Source: Marsupella aquatica | Lineage: Eukaryota > Plantae > Marchantiophyta | Direction: 5' to 3' | Length of the DNA: 64,000 bases | Assembly (NCBI GenBank): GCA_973895155.1 | Contig: OZ316896.1 | Span: 2,542,001 to 2,606,000 of the forward strand | Shown here: one piece after another, positions 11,592 through 24,390 of the stretch | Position numbering within the stretch: the first letter of the stretch is position 1 | How the letters are laid out: each line of letters begins with the position of its first letter | Translations under genes and position numbers: made by a program | The notes under the pieces: model-generated | What the model was told of the DNA's origin: nothing | The model's database searches: none | The model's input: only the letters and a program-made list of their open reading frames with translations

Positions 11592-14224
11592 CTAAGAAGA
11601 CTGTAAGCAAGGAAACTCTAATATAAGATTGGAACTGGGTTATGTTGTATCCCGAGCGGAAATCACAAATAGACGCATCCAATTTTGATTCAAAATGTTG
11701 TGATTGTAGCCAACTTTGCCACAATTTTATTGCTAATGAAAACAATGCCCGTGATCAAATCCCTTCGCTAATGCTTAATTAGTGAACTTCGTAATCCTCA
11801 AGGATCAATTAAATTTGTGCTGGATTCTGAGCACTTGGAATGAGGGCCATCGACTATTCCAGACTTTATATTCAAGTTCTTATAGGAACTAAAGCTCCAG
11901 GTTTAACCAAAGTCAAGCGTCTCACTAAAACTCTCTCATGAATTTCTCAACCCTTAATTTGTGAGTGTGAAGAGTGTTGTGTGAATGTTCCCAAGTATTC
12001 GGAAGTAACAATGACTACCGCTAGTACTCTACTGACAATTGTTTGAAAATCAAGAAGCAACAGCAGGACCTCAGGTGGTGCCTCCCTCCATCCACAAGGA
12101 GCTAGACTTTTAGAAATAAATGTCTCCTAACGGAACAGTCATTAGAAGTTGTAAATTAAGAACACTGAAGGTTGTCAAGCATAAACTCCTCTAAATGCGC
12201 GTTGAAGTGGAAATTGATGTTTAGAAGTGTCACTCTAATTGTCGGACGGAGGGATTGTGGGTATCGAGTCAGAGATGTGGCCGCCTACTCTCTCAAATAA
12301 CAGTGGGAGGAGTTATCCATGTCATCAAGCTTCAGCCCAGTATGATGAAAGGTGAAAGTGAGTGGTATCTTGCGTGCAAACCAATTAGGGACTATCTGCC
12401 TGACCTTTGGTTCTCCAATTTGTAATCGGCTTTAGCCCGCCAAGGTATGTTTCTGCAAGATCTCATGTGGCCATCAAACAACTTACATTCACTCATGCGG
12501 TTTTCAACTAAGAATACCTTTATTCACTCATGTGTTTTTCAACTAAGAATACCTTTATTCAGTCTAGCCTTGTGGTTCTTTGTTGTCTGACAGGCCAACA
12601 ACGTCTCCAAATCCATGGCTTTTGGTTTAGTGAGATCAGATGTCGTCCCCACCCACAAAACCAAAAAAATCTCACTGATAAATCTGTGTTTTATTTTGGT
12701 TGTATTCATAACCTGGTGTTCTCAATCTATCATACTATAATAAAATTTGTATAATTCAATTGACATTTATTTCTGAGTTTACATGCCCTTACAAATACAC
12801 CATATTACTGGAAATTTTTGTACCTTTCATGTGTTACACTTAATTTAGTGTTCATCACAGATATTGACCCATATGAAAACGTGTACAATTTAAATTTGGA
12901 GTAGTGGAACTCCAGAGTATGTATGAACGGGGTACGGTAGCTGTAATGAGTCTGTTTGCACAAAATACATCAATCCATCCATCAAATTAATAATATCCAA
13001 GTCTAAAGTTTGTGACTTACTCCCTAAACTGAAGTCATAGGCGATAATTTATCTGGTAACAGAAAACTTTGATAATTAGACCATGGTTTTGAATAGGTAT
13101 GGGCATAGGGAGTGTCAATATAAGGAGCCCATCCTGTGCATATATACAGGTGGGTATTTGGACTAGTAACTAATAAACAATGGTACTGGAAACTATTTTA
13201 GTTTTTTGTCGCCAAACATTCTTTGGTCACTACTGCACTGGGGTAAGTTTACTTGTACTAAACGGCCCAATGCCTGTGCGTTGCAAGTGTTGCAGGATTA
13301 GTGAGGGAAAGGCATGCGACAAGGCATGCATGTGAGCCATGGATGGTGATGCAAGCCAGTGAGGGCAAGGGTGAGGTGGAGGGCATGTCCCGGCAGGAGG
13401 GTCACGGGGAGGTGTTTTTGGCCAATCATGATAAAATAACAGTTTTTCTACAAGTGGCCATGATTTCTTCCCACCCAGATGCCCGCTTGATAATTAGTAA
13501 ACAAACAATTGGCCAGAATAAGTGAGATGGATAGCATAGTGCATAGTACATTTAGGCCAAGAAAATGATAACAAAATTAAACAGTATTGTAGCAAATGGC
13601 CATGATTTCTTCCTGCCCAAACATCCAGATGACAAGACAAGCAATTGGCAAGAATAAGTGAGATTGAATATTAGAGTGTGTGGATCCATTTTAGATTTCT
13701 TCCCATACCCTAAGTGAGAACTTGGGCGAGTCAAACAAAGTGAAGACTGTGTACGCATGGTTGAATTTTCCAAGGCTCCGACCCTCAAGAGTACTCATCG
13801 TAATTTACGGGGATCTATAAGGCCAGTCCAGCCATCGGATCCAAGCTGAGGTTCTCTTCCGCCCATCCCCACCGTCGCTACTTAACCACCTTATGCAGTT
13901 ATGGTGGGGTCTGTCGTCCCTTCGTTTCGCATCGTGTCGGTTCTCCAGTAGCCGAGGGCTCGAGGTGTCCCATCCCGCACACCCAGGTAACCGGACTCGG
14001 GGCCGGGACAGAATCTACGGCTCCGGACATCCCCCGGAAGTCACGGCACGACGTCGACCGCCGATCTCGATGGACTTTGGTACCCTTGGAAAGAACGAAC
14101 CAACCATGGGGTTTGAGGTCGAGGCAGACCTGACGCCGAGCAACACAGACCTCTACTAGTGTAGTTTCTCCCATTTCAAAACCCTTTGGCTGCTGGCTAT
14201 GTCGTTCGTTGCTTCCGCATAGAG

Positions 14225-15150
14225 CACGGGTTTTCCCCGTCCGGTTGTCTGTCGTGGGTGTGATTGTTGCCGATCCGAAGCGCGAGGAGCGGCTTATGCG
14301 TTTGCCGAAGGTGAGCAAATCCATGGACTTGAGTTCCTGCGCTGATGTTTTTTGAGTAAGGTGAGGATTTGTGACTGTGTCAGTTTTTTCGTGGAGTTGA
14401 ACGGACTAGGTTAGTTATGATGACCGTAGGCGGTCATTTGGTCGGGGAAAGAGCCTGTTCTTCGTTTTCTGTCGGCTTTTGGTGGGTTGTGTGTGATTGT
14501 TCTTGCCGATCGAAGTGAGCCGAGTCTTATGTGTTTGTGGAACGTAAGGATTCTGACTTCAAGTGTTTTTTCCGACGAAATTGCTTTGTTGAACGGAATA
14601 GGTTAGTTAGTGAATATCGTAGTTGGTCAGTTGCTCGGGAGAGAGTTTCTACTTCCGTTTCTCTTCAGTTGTGGTTAGTTGGCGTGTGACTTTTCGATTG
14701 CCGATCGGAAGCGTGGAGTGTCTTGTGTGTTTTGGGAATGTGAGGGGATTCTGGCTCGATCGATGTTTTTCGCGAAGAAATTGCTTTCTATGGTGGCATT
14801 GAACCGGATAGGCTAGTTATCGGGTACCGTAGTCGGTCAGTTGTTCTGGGAGAGTTTTACTTCCTTGTTTGTTCCAGTCGTCGGTGGTTTGCATGTCATT
14901 GCCGATAGAAAGCGAGCGTTGTCTGGTGTGGTTGTGTATGTTTAGGGGATCCTTACTCGAGTTCCTCTCTATGGTGTAACAGGTTAGGTTAGTTAGCGAA
15001 CACAGTAGTCGGTCAGTTGCTTGGGGAGGGTTTCTCGTTGGATTCCGACTCCACGATAGGTTTTTCCCCACTAGATTGCTTTCTATGGGGGGAGTCAAAG
15101 GAAATAGGTTAGTTGTCGAAGAGCTTAGTTGCTCAGTTGCTCGGAGAGGG
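14225..15150 (+). repeat. Degenerate ~190-210 bp tandem array (4-5 units) in the 5' leader region of the RS2Z gene
   Basis: The motif ttgccgat(c)gaag recurs near 14268, 14503, 14698 and 14899. The motif taggttagtt...gtag..ggtcagttgctcggga recurs near 14407, 14599, 14809, 14985 and 15105. Confidence 0.75.
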
Positions 15151-15463
15151 TTCGGTCTTGACCGATAAGTCCCTTGAGGTCCTGTCCCTGAGAACGGTTG
15201 TCCGCCTGCGTGTCCCGGGGGTCTCTCATACTGTCAATTGTTAGGGTTTCAACGTTCTGAACTTATATTGAGGAATCTGCATGTTATAGTTTATCTCGAA
15301 TGATTGTTGGAGAAGATCTTTTCTTGTTGTGGAGCGAGATTGCCGTTGTCGAGGATGGTTGGAAACGAGGGCTTTACTGTTTGGCTGAGTTGGATGAACG
15401 CCTGAAGCCTTTCTGTTGCGCTTGAAGGTTAAGTTGGCGAAGTCTTTGTGAAGTTGAGGAACC

Positions 15464-18400
15464 ATGCCTCGCTACGATGAACCTAGAGGGGGCGGTGGTC
15501 AGACCAGACTCTATGTCGGTCGGCTATCTACTCGGACGCGCAGCCGTGACCTTGAAGACCTCTTCAGCCCGTATGGAAGGTAAAAACATTTTGTTCCGTC
15601 TCACCTAGTTGTCGAAAAGAAAGGTACTTTTGGGATAGTAATGGGTTGTGTATTTTTTGAGGTTTTAGTCTTTTTCTCTGTTGCTTTGAAAGAAAGTTGT
15701 AAATATCAAAGGAAAGCTCAAATGATACATAGAGCGGTATTTAAGAGTATGGAAATATCCAGTGGAAGATGCTGAACTGTAGTTTCATATACCTTAGATG
15801 GATCCACAGATAGAGGGCGTGTGTACAGATTGCACGTTCACCGATTGCTTCGTATCATTAGAATTGTATGATGCCACCACAGGGTGCGAAAGTCGTTTGT
15901 TGGTAGACAGAGTTACACTTGCAGTCACCTTCTCGCGTCGGTCTAGACATCTCTTTGTCGTCCATCTTGTGCTCTTTTCTCCTCGAACCTTACGTTTCTA
16001 AAATGCTGTTCACTAAGTGAAGGGCGACGTCACGGAACTATTGAGTGTTGGAATGTTAAGAGTACACCAATGATTCATACTGTTAAAATAATCTCTGATC
16101 TTCGGAGCATTTATCTGGGAAGCCCCTGTCCTCTGAAGGTACGTTCAAGAGCGGCCTTAGTCTGTTTATCTATGTTAGCATGGATGGAAATCATTACCCG
16201 GGCGGTGTCTGAGAGACCTAATGGGGGAGCTGCCCCTCAAGGTACGATGAGAAATAGAGCAGTTCGGAAGAAACAGTCTCTTGCAGCTACAGCTCACCGC
16301 GTCTTCGAGACTTCGTTCAGTTCTGTTTACGGCACAGAACGGTTTTTGTAAACTCTTTGATTTGTAGGCGTAAAGGCGGATTAGCGCCGGGGGCTAAGCG
16401 TTAACTCGCATGATGTTGTTGAAGGTTGGTGGGTTCTCGCCGCTAGGAGGTCTATGGTGAGAGGGTGGCCTTTACTTGGTGGCATTGGTGGCCCTACTCG
16501 CGAGGGGAAAGGGGAGACTGGCGCATCTAGGCGTGCATCTATATGTGTGGTTGTTCAGACGTACAAACATGGAATGGCGAGGGTGGAAATGGTGTTTGAT
16601 TCAACTGACTCGCGGTGTTTCGTGCCCTGCCTTGACGTGGTGCGCTGCTCTTTTTTGGCAAGAATTTTCGCAGAGTCCGAGACGTGGATTTGAAGCACGA
16701 CTTCGCCTTCGTTGTGTGTATCTTAACTCTTCCCTCGTTGGTTTCTGCATTGATTTGTTTTGCCCTTAGTTGGGTCCTCATTGCTTACTCCTGTCTGTGC
16801 CCCTCACCTACTGATTTTTTGGTCCCAACGGTTGAGTGATTTTCAACCCGACTTCCGGAGTTTTATTGCATCATACCTTGAACTCCACCATGAGTAATAA
16901 TGGGTAGCAACTTATACACTGCGTGAGCTTGTAAATTAAGGCATTCGAAGTTTTACCATTGACGATGGGCGGATCATCTACCTTTTAAGGCTTCGAGTTT
17001 CCTAGGGTTATATTGCAACTTAGACCTTTGAAAAAAAGGAAGTACCTTTCGTGTCTTGTCGAGACGGGGCTTCCAACAATGACTCCATTTTCCTGGCTGG
17101 TCGGCTCAACTAAGTAAGCATTCACACCATGCGTTTGCATCGGAAGGTGGGTTTCTACCAACCCTTCAACCCTTCAATCCCATATGTTTTGCCACTTGCA
17201 GGAGTACAGTGATCCTCGTGATGCCGATGAGGCTATTCGATACCTGAATGGTAAAGATTTTGAGGGAAGTCGTCTTGTGGTGGAGTTCGCAAGGAGGGTG
17301 AGGGACCGGGCCCCAAAATACTCCGAAGATGCCGTTCGTCGTCTCACCTTTGCTTTACCTTTACGTTCTGGCTGGTGTGGATGGTTCATTTTTTCCTTTT
17401 GCTGTGCAGCAATAGTTTTTTATTGTAGTGATCGAGCTTGTCTTAAAATCAATTTTTGCACTTTGATATGACCAGGTTGGCTATGAGAATTGATGGCTTT
17501 AAATTGGATGTCTCATCAGGGGCCACGAGGACCTGGTGGCGCTCGGGAGTATCTTGGAAGAGGACCGCCCCCTGGAACCGGTCGTTGTTACAACTGTGGA
17601 AATGATGGCCATTGGGCCCGTGATTGTAAGGCAGGGGATTGGCGTGATAAATGCTATCGTTGTGGCCAGCGTGGGCACATAGAGAGAAATTGTCGTAATA
17701 GCCCTCGTCCCTTCGACAGGTGAGTGAGAGAACAAAAACTTCTAAGCATGAACATTGGTTGTATTTGTCCAATGAAGCCTGATTCGTCTAGCATCCAACT
17801 GCAACTTTTGAGTCGTATTCTGAAGCTCTGAGAACCCTTTTCGATTTTTCCCCTAACACGGATGCTACTCATTGTGTAGATATGAGCGTAGGTCTCGTTC
17901 ACCAGCTGACCGGTCCCGCTCAAGATCTCCTCGTCGTGGAAGATCACACAGCAGGAGCTACAGCAGGAGCCGTAGCTACAGGTGCCAATCTTCTTTAATT
18001 TAATCACATTCCCATCGAACTGTACTTCCGTAGCTTGTGCTTGAATGATGCAATGGAAGATTTAGACATTATCTTCATTGTCTGACATTCCTACCGGACT
18101 GCTACGTGTGGGACTGACTGAGATTGAATTACTTGTTGGGATGTTTGTGACATTAGTCCAAGGAAGGTAAACAGGAGTCGGAGTCCTGTCAAGGAGGACA
18201 CTCGGAGCAGGAGACTGACGCGAAGCAGGAGCAGAAGTCTGTCTCCTTTGCCTCCACGGAAGGAAGGTGCTAGCCGCAGCAGGTCTCGCAGCCCTGTAGG
18301 TAATGGCAGAAGTGTAAGCCGCAGTCCTGTTAGGCGAGAGCCCAGTCGCAGCCGGAGTCGTAGCCCCAGCCCTAGAGATGCGAGCCCAAGGAAGGAGCGT

Positions 18401-18490
18401 AGCCCTGAGCCAGAAATGGATACCCAGAGTCCCATGAGGAAAGATTCCCCAGAAAGAGATGACAGGGGGAGTCGCAGCCCTTCAGATTAG
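15464..18490 (+). CDS. RS2Z: Serine/arginine-rich splicing factor, RS2Z subfamily (RRM, two CCHC zinc knuckles, RS domain)
   Basis: Exons 15464-15579, 16674-16713, 17202-17297, 17520-17719, 17880-17981 and 18157-18490, all GT-AG and frame-consistent. Translation: [63 protein letters not shown]...[36 protein letters not shown], then an RS-rich tail. Confidence 0.95.
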
Positions 18491-19639
18491 CGAGACAGTT
18501 TTATGCTCCAGTCGATTGCAAAGTGGGGGTTTGAAGGGTGAGCTGAAATGTGTGGGCCTTTTTATTTGGTGCGAATTTTGCTATGAGTGAGCCGAGGTAT
18601 GACGACTATCTATGTCGGGGCTTTGTTTGGTTTTTAGCGCAGCTACTCTGAAGAAGTGTTGACCTCGTGAGGTTGGGGTGGAGGAAGCATGACCTATTAT
18701 ACATCATCTAGAAACTCACCATTTGTGCTGGTTGTTTCAAGTCAATGTCGGCAGCTCCAGCAATTTCATTGAAGGACAGTACCGGGCTTTTCTGGGCCTG
18801 AAAATATTGCCGAAGTGCAAGTAGACCCTGCAACTTTTGAAATTACTGGTGGAATGAAGCTTTCGAATGTTTCTAGCCTTTTTTTTTTTCGCGATAATAT
18901 TATAAGAGAAGCTGTGGAAAGTACACCTCCGGTTCCGAATTGTTCGTGTCTGGTCTTAGCAGCTTGTCCCTTCTGCAATGCAGCCTTAGTATCCCCAAAT
19001 TAAGAACAAGTTTAATATGGTAATTGAGGACTGTGCATTTTGAAAAGGTTTAATCGCGTTAGACGCCAGAAAGAGTAAGAGGCCGTTTACGAAGGTTTTA
19101 GTTAAACCAGAGGCACAATTCTTTCACATGAGAAAGGCAGACATGTATTCAGATTTTCAGTGTTCCGTGGCAATCACATTACACGGCAACGGTCAGTATT
19201 CGTTAAAGACCTCTGACAGATATGTGCAACCTCACTTTGAGAATACCTTTTAAGAATTATGGAACTTGCTGTCTGATGGATTCTCTTGTTGAGCCGAAGT
19301 ATGTGAAGGGCAAGTTTTCTCGCTAGAACTTTTAAATTCAATTTTACACATAAGACTCTTCGGAACTACGATTGGTGAGAGTTCTTAAGCTCGACTCGTT
19401 TAATGTCACAGTATTTTTAAACAGCTTTTGAAATGACTCGCCTATCCAATTCGTATAGTGCTAATTTTGTGTCTTGGCAACCGTTCTGTAATGTGACCAA
19501 TTAATTGGGGCGACTCAATTTCCAGTCTGTTTGCATCACCATAGCCCAAGCACGCCGAGTCTAGGCGTGGAGATTGCTCAAACTCTCAAACTCAAACTCT
19601 CATCATGGGAAGCATTACTTGCTCCATTAAGTAGAATTG

Positions 19640-19962
19640 GGTCCTCCTCGTCTCTCCTTGCTTGCAACCGATGTCAGCACCCACTATCCTGTCCTCCCTT
19701 GTTTGTAATCGATGTCAGCACCCACTATCCTCTGTCTCCCCTTGTTTGCAATCGATGTCAGCACCTACTAAGCAAGGTTCATGATCTGATCACTATGAAA
19801 CCATTGTTGCACCTGACCCACTAAGCAAGGTTCATTTAATCTAATCACTATTAAACCATAGCTACACCTTCAAGAGCTATGGTTACCAATTGGGTTCTCC
19901 TACTCCACTTTTTGATGGGGGCACTCACTAAGCAAGGTTCATGATCCGATCACTATTAAACG
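19640..19962. repeat. Short degenerate tandem repeats (two unit types)
   Basis: tgcaatcgatgtcagcacc x3 (~42 bp period), then actaagcaaggttcat...atcactattaaac x3. Confidence 0.8.
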
Positions 19963-20862
19963 TTACAAGACAAGAGGAAGTTTCATAGTCAGACCAGTAT
20001 TAAAAGTCAAAAAGAAAGAGAGTTTCATGGTCAAGCAAATACCGGTAGTATTAGGTGTGGCAATCACCTTAAACGGCATACATTGCCAGGCCGCCTCCTT
20101 CACTGTGTAGGACCCAGTGTGAATACCGTGTTGAATATATCCCCCAGGTTCTATTTGGCAGGAGGAGATTGTATGATTGGTCACGGATTTGCTGGGCTTG
20201 CACGTGGTGGTTTGCTAATCCAGGCCTATTTGTTACATGGGGGTTGGCCAAAGGTTACGTTCGTCATCCCTGGGCAAGCTCGTCCACCATGCTCAGATCT
20301 TAAAAGGCTCCACTGGATCATGGTAGAAAAGAATTAAGAAATCTTCCACTGCATTAAGTTGTGGGTGTAAAAAAACGCTCAGTTCAGCTAGACATTTGGT
20401 GATACTTGGTATATACCTAAGCGATCAACTGCAAAAAATCTTTCTTTAATGAACACATCTCGGATTGAGCAAGAACTTCACTTGGATTTTGTTAGACTGG
20501 AGAATTCACTTCATCGTTAAACAGGACCCAGGAAATGCCCAGAATAATAAGAAAAGAGGAAAAACACATTCAAGATTTACACCTGATAATCTGTGGCCTC
20601 TTTGGGGTATATGGGTCATCCAACACACATTCCCCTCCTTTCTTTCCTCCTTTGTTGTTTCAGGGGAAGTCCCAAGCCATAATCTTACAGCCAGGCTAGG
20701 CTCATAGTCCCCAGCCAGCCTCTCGTAGTCTCAAATTTTTGTGTGAAAGAAGAGTATGGGGTTAGGTTTGCTAACCCATGGCCTGTTCAAGGGTCATGGC
20801 TATAACTCCTTCCAGGCCTTGGGTTACCCTATGACTTCTTCCCTTCCAAGTTCCACCTTGGC

Positions 20863-21000
20863 TTACATATAACACACTGCAAAAGAACAAAATGCACCAA
20901 ACTGGGAGACATGATCCAAGGCAGGAGACCAAAAAAGAGGTGAAAACAAGGAAAAAACCCAGGAAGACCAAAGAGTCAAAAAGCCCGAGAGTCCCTAAGA
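20863..21000 (-). mobile_element. 3' UTR fragment of the same CRE family as 2808-3400
   Basis: Reverse complement gccttggatcatgtctcccagtttggtgcattttgttcttttgcagtgtgttatatgtaag matches 3322-3381 gcctttgggaccatgtctcccggtttggtgcctttgttcattgacagcgtgatatataag. Confidence 0.7.
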
Positions 21001-21160
21001 ACTAAAGCACTACTGAGTAGGAAATTGAACCCTAGTAAGTAAACCTTGGTGCCTCTCAAAAGTTTAGTAACTCCTTACTTCATTTTTCTTACTGTACTAT
21101 TGCATTGCATTCGTCGAGGTTTCTATTCCAAGTCTCATAATCCCCAACCAGCCTCACCAA

Positions 21161-21500
21161 TGTTAGACATAATTATACTATTAGGTCTAGTGTTACTATG
21201 TAGCCACTGTTAGTCTAATCCTAGTCAGTGAGGTGCTTGGTATTTATGTACTACTTATATATTCACTAGCAAGGCTTAGTTATTGAGTGGACTTGAGACT
21301 CGTTGATATGGACCTAGTTGAGAAATAGGGTGAGTTTGGTTCATGGAGACTTAGTATGATTCAGAAGCTTAGAGTTCTGCAATGCTTTCTCGTGGACATA
21401 GCCTTTGGAGAGGTGAAGCACGTATCTTCTGTGTCGACTACTTGTGTTTGTTGGATGCTACTCATGTGCATACTATCTTATGAATAATGATTATTTAGCA
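21161..21500. mobile_element. Diverged solo LTR related to the 11248/59183 family
   Basis: TGTTAG...TAGCA ends. It shares gtggac.tagcct...gaggtgaa.cacgtatctt.tgtgtcgactacttg with that family. The TSD is not clean. Confidence 0.65.
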
Positions 21501-22511
21501 AATAATGAAATCTCAAAATTTCAAATAATTACACGAAAAAGAGAGTGTGGGTTATGCTTCCTATTTGGGGGCCTATTCCTAACCCCCTCCAGGCCCTGGG
21601 TTACCCTACACCTTTCCCTTCTGTATCAAGTTCCACCTTGGACCCTCTCAACACCTTCCCCTTTTGTTCCAAGTTCCACCTTGACCCTCTCAACTTCTTT
21701 ATAGTCTAGGAAGGTACCCATCCTCTCTCATGAGTAATGGTCATTTCCTCAACACCCAAGTTTCTGAAAATATCTTCATACAAATTAACTCCTATAATAA
21801 AGGATTACACCATTTTTTAAAGTGGTGGTAGTTCAAAATTTACCTTTTTCCGTGCCAAGTGAAATCACTCAAATCTGCAAAGCACAAAAAATGAAGGGAG
21901 AAGAATAGTTCTTGATATTCCTCATCACTAGCAAGTACAATACTTACTTTTGATGTACTCATTGTACTTGCAAGTACACTCCTTATCCAATCCCTTGGTG
22001 GCCATTGTTTTATTTGTATTGACCCCTGCCCCAATGTACTAGCATGCAATGCAAGGAGAGTGTACACACCCATTCCCCTTGGTATTCATATGAAATCGTT
22101 TTGTAAAGACAAATATACTTGGCAAAAGTCAATATATATTAATTTTGGATGAGATAATGAAGGGGTTGGGGGCCAAACTACTCTTGGCTGGGTGACAGGG
22201 TATAGGGATACATTATTAAGGGACTACCACATTTGAGAACATCAAAAACTATAATAACATGTTGGTCCTTTTTTTTTGGCTGTGGTAGTCTTTTGAATTT
22301 GCAGACCCAAAATAGAAAGAAACTGACAAAGAGAAGAATAAACCAAAAAACAATTACATTTAGTGTGAAGAAAAGAGTGACACCTAAGCAAGAAAAGTGA
22401 GCTTCCAAATGATGGACAAGAATCAAGTCACTATCCATGCATATCAACTGCTCCTGCCTCTACCTCCCTCTACCATTCTTGACCATTATAATACCTATCC
22501 CGGATTGTCCA

Positions 22512-23958
22512 TTTACAAACTAATAAAAAAGCAGGAACCAATCTTGACACTTCATCAAAACATTGGTTTTTACACCATCGGATTTATCCATACACACCAT
22601 TTAAAATGAATGTGTGCCCAAGCTGCCCTTTAGCCTCCCAAACCTGCCCAAGATAAAAAAATAATAATAAAAAAATAATCAAAGTTATTTATATTTATAT
22701 TTAAATTGGAAAGTTGGGAAGTTTGAAGAAAATTGAAAAGTTTGAAAACATTTGAATACAAATATAATAAAACATTTCTCTCTCTAAAAATTTAATATTA
22801 AAGAAAGACTTATTTGTTCATGTCACTTCATTGTGCTTGGACTCTATGATGCGGAGGCCCTATCTCGCATCTCCAATTTCTACGTGAAACACACAAGTTA
22901 TAGAACACAACCACAAAAGTGTATGGCAGGGATCACAAATTAATAACATCTATCAATAATTACATTGCAAAGCTTATATATATTTTTTGTCTCGCCTTGA
23001 TATCTTTTCTTGCATTGACATATTTATTTTCTAATCTTTACATGTTTATATCTTCTTAACATCTTTTGTTTGCCTTGCTATCTTTTTCTCATCTTGCCAT
23101 CTCACCATGAATTTTTTTCTCACTCTCAACATCTTTTCTCTCATTGAGATCTTTTCTCACCTTGACATCGTTTCTTCACCTTGACATATTTTCTCACCTT
23201 GACATGTTATCTTTTTCTCATCTCGCCATCTTTTTCTCATCTTGACATTTTTATCTCACACAACATCTTTCCCTCATTCTCGACATCTTTTCTCTCCTCA
23301 ACATCTTTTCTCCATTTGACATCTTTTTTTCACTTCGCCATCTTTTCTCTCCTTGGCATATTTTCTCACCTCTACATTTCCTCACCTCAACAAATTTTTC
23401 TCTCATCCACATCTTTTTCCAACTTGACATCTTTTCCTCACCTTGACATCTTTTTTGTAATGCACAAGTATTGCGAGAAGTATCGGGCCCAAGATGTATG
23501 TAACAACATATTTTACTTCACAATATTTTTGACTAACGACATATATTTTCTTGATGACATCTTTGGCAAACGGCTTCTTTTTTCTTAACGACATCATTTT
23601 ACTTCATGACATCTTTCATATAACGACATCTTGGGCAACACATCATCTTTGCTCTTAATGACATCTTGGGCGCTACGACACCTTTTTCTTAAGGACATCT
23701 TATTTCTTAATGACATCTTGGGCGTCACAACATCTTTTTCCTAACAATATCTTGGGCGACACTAGATCTTTTTTCTTAACTACATCTTGGGCGACACAAC
23801 ATATTTTTCCTTAACGACATCTTGGGCGACACCACACATTTTTTCTTGACGACATCTTGGGCGAAACGACATATTTTTTATTAACTACATCTTAGGAGAC
23901 ACGACATTTTTCTTTCTTTCCATGACATCTTTTGTGCAAGGCACGGGTATTGAGCTAG
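22512..23958 (+). mobile_element. Non-autonomous Helitron (~1.45 kb) with internal degenerate gacatct tandem repeats
   Basis: The 3' end tttgtgcaaggcacgggtattgagCTAG|T has a GTGC-aag-GCAC hairpin and CTAG. The candidate 5' end is A|TTTACAAACTAATAAAAAAGCAG (TC decayed to TT). The insertion sits between A and T. Confidence 0.75.
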
Positions 23959-24070
23959 TATTTATACAAAAAAGAGAGTGTGGGTTATGCTTGCTGTTTG
24001 GGTCATCCAAAGCGGATACCCCTTCGGGCCTTGGGTTACCTTACACCTTCCGTTCCGTTCCGTTCCCTTC

Positions 24071-24390
24071 CGTAAGGAAATGCACCATACACGAGAACTC
24101 AAGCAACTAGCAAGCAATGCACCGGCACAAGAGATACATGGTTCACCTCTTTGAGGTTACGTCCACGGGAAACACACAAGAGACTTTAATACAACTCTAT
24201 TTAGGCACATTGGCCACACCAAGCACAAACTCTCCTCTCTCTCCAAGTTGCTCGATAAGAATGAGCATGAGTCTCCAAGAGGAGCTCCTCCTAGCCCCTC
24301 TATATGCTAGGTACTAATCACTGTTAACACACTAATGGTGATTAGCCTAACTAAGCTGAAGCTAACCCAAGACTAGAGTTAATACTAACA
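24071..24390. mobile_element. Diverged solo LTR (same superfamily as 11248) inserted in the ttccaagttccacc repeat
   Basis: Contains cacaagagatacatggttcacctc...acgtccacgggaaacacacaagaga as in 11248-11591, ends ctaaca and interrupts the cccttcc/ttccaagttcc repeat. Confidence 0.7.

Noticed and set aside
13257-13290. Possible minus-strand Helitron 3' end (actaa...gcctgtgcgttgcaag)
   Set aside because: CTAG and the hairpin are degenerate and no matching 5' end was identified.
23181-23588. 135-aa F/S/L-rich ORF
   Set aside because: Translation of the Helitron's pyrimidine-rich minisatellite.
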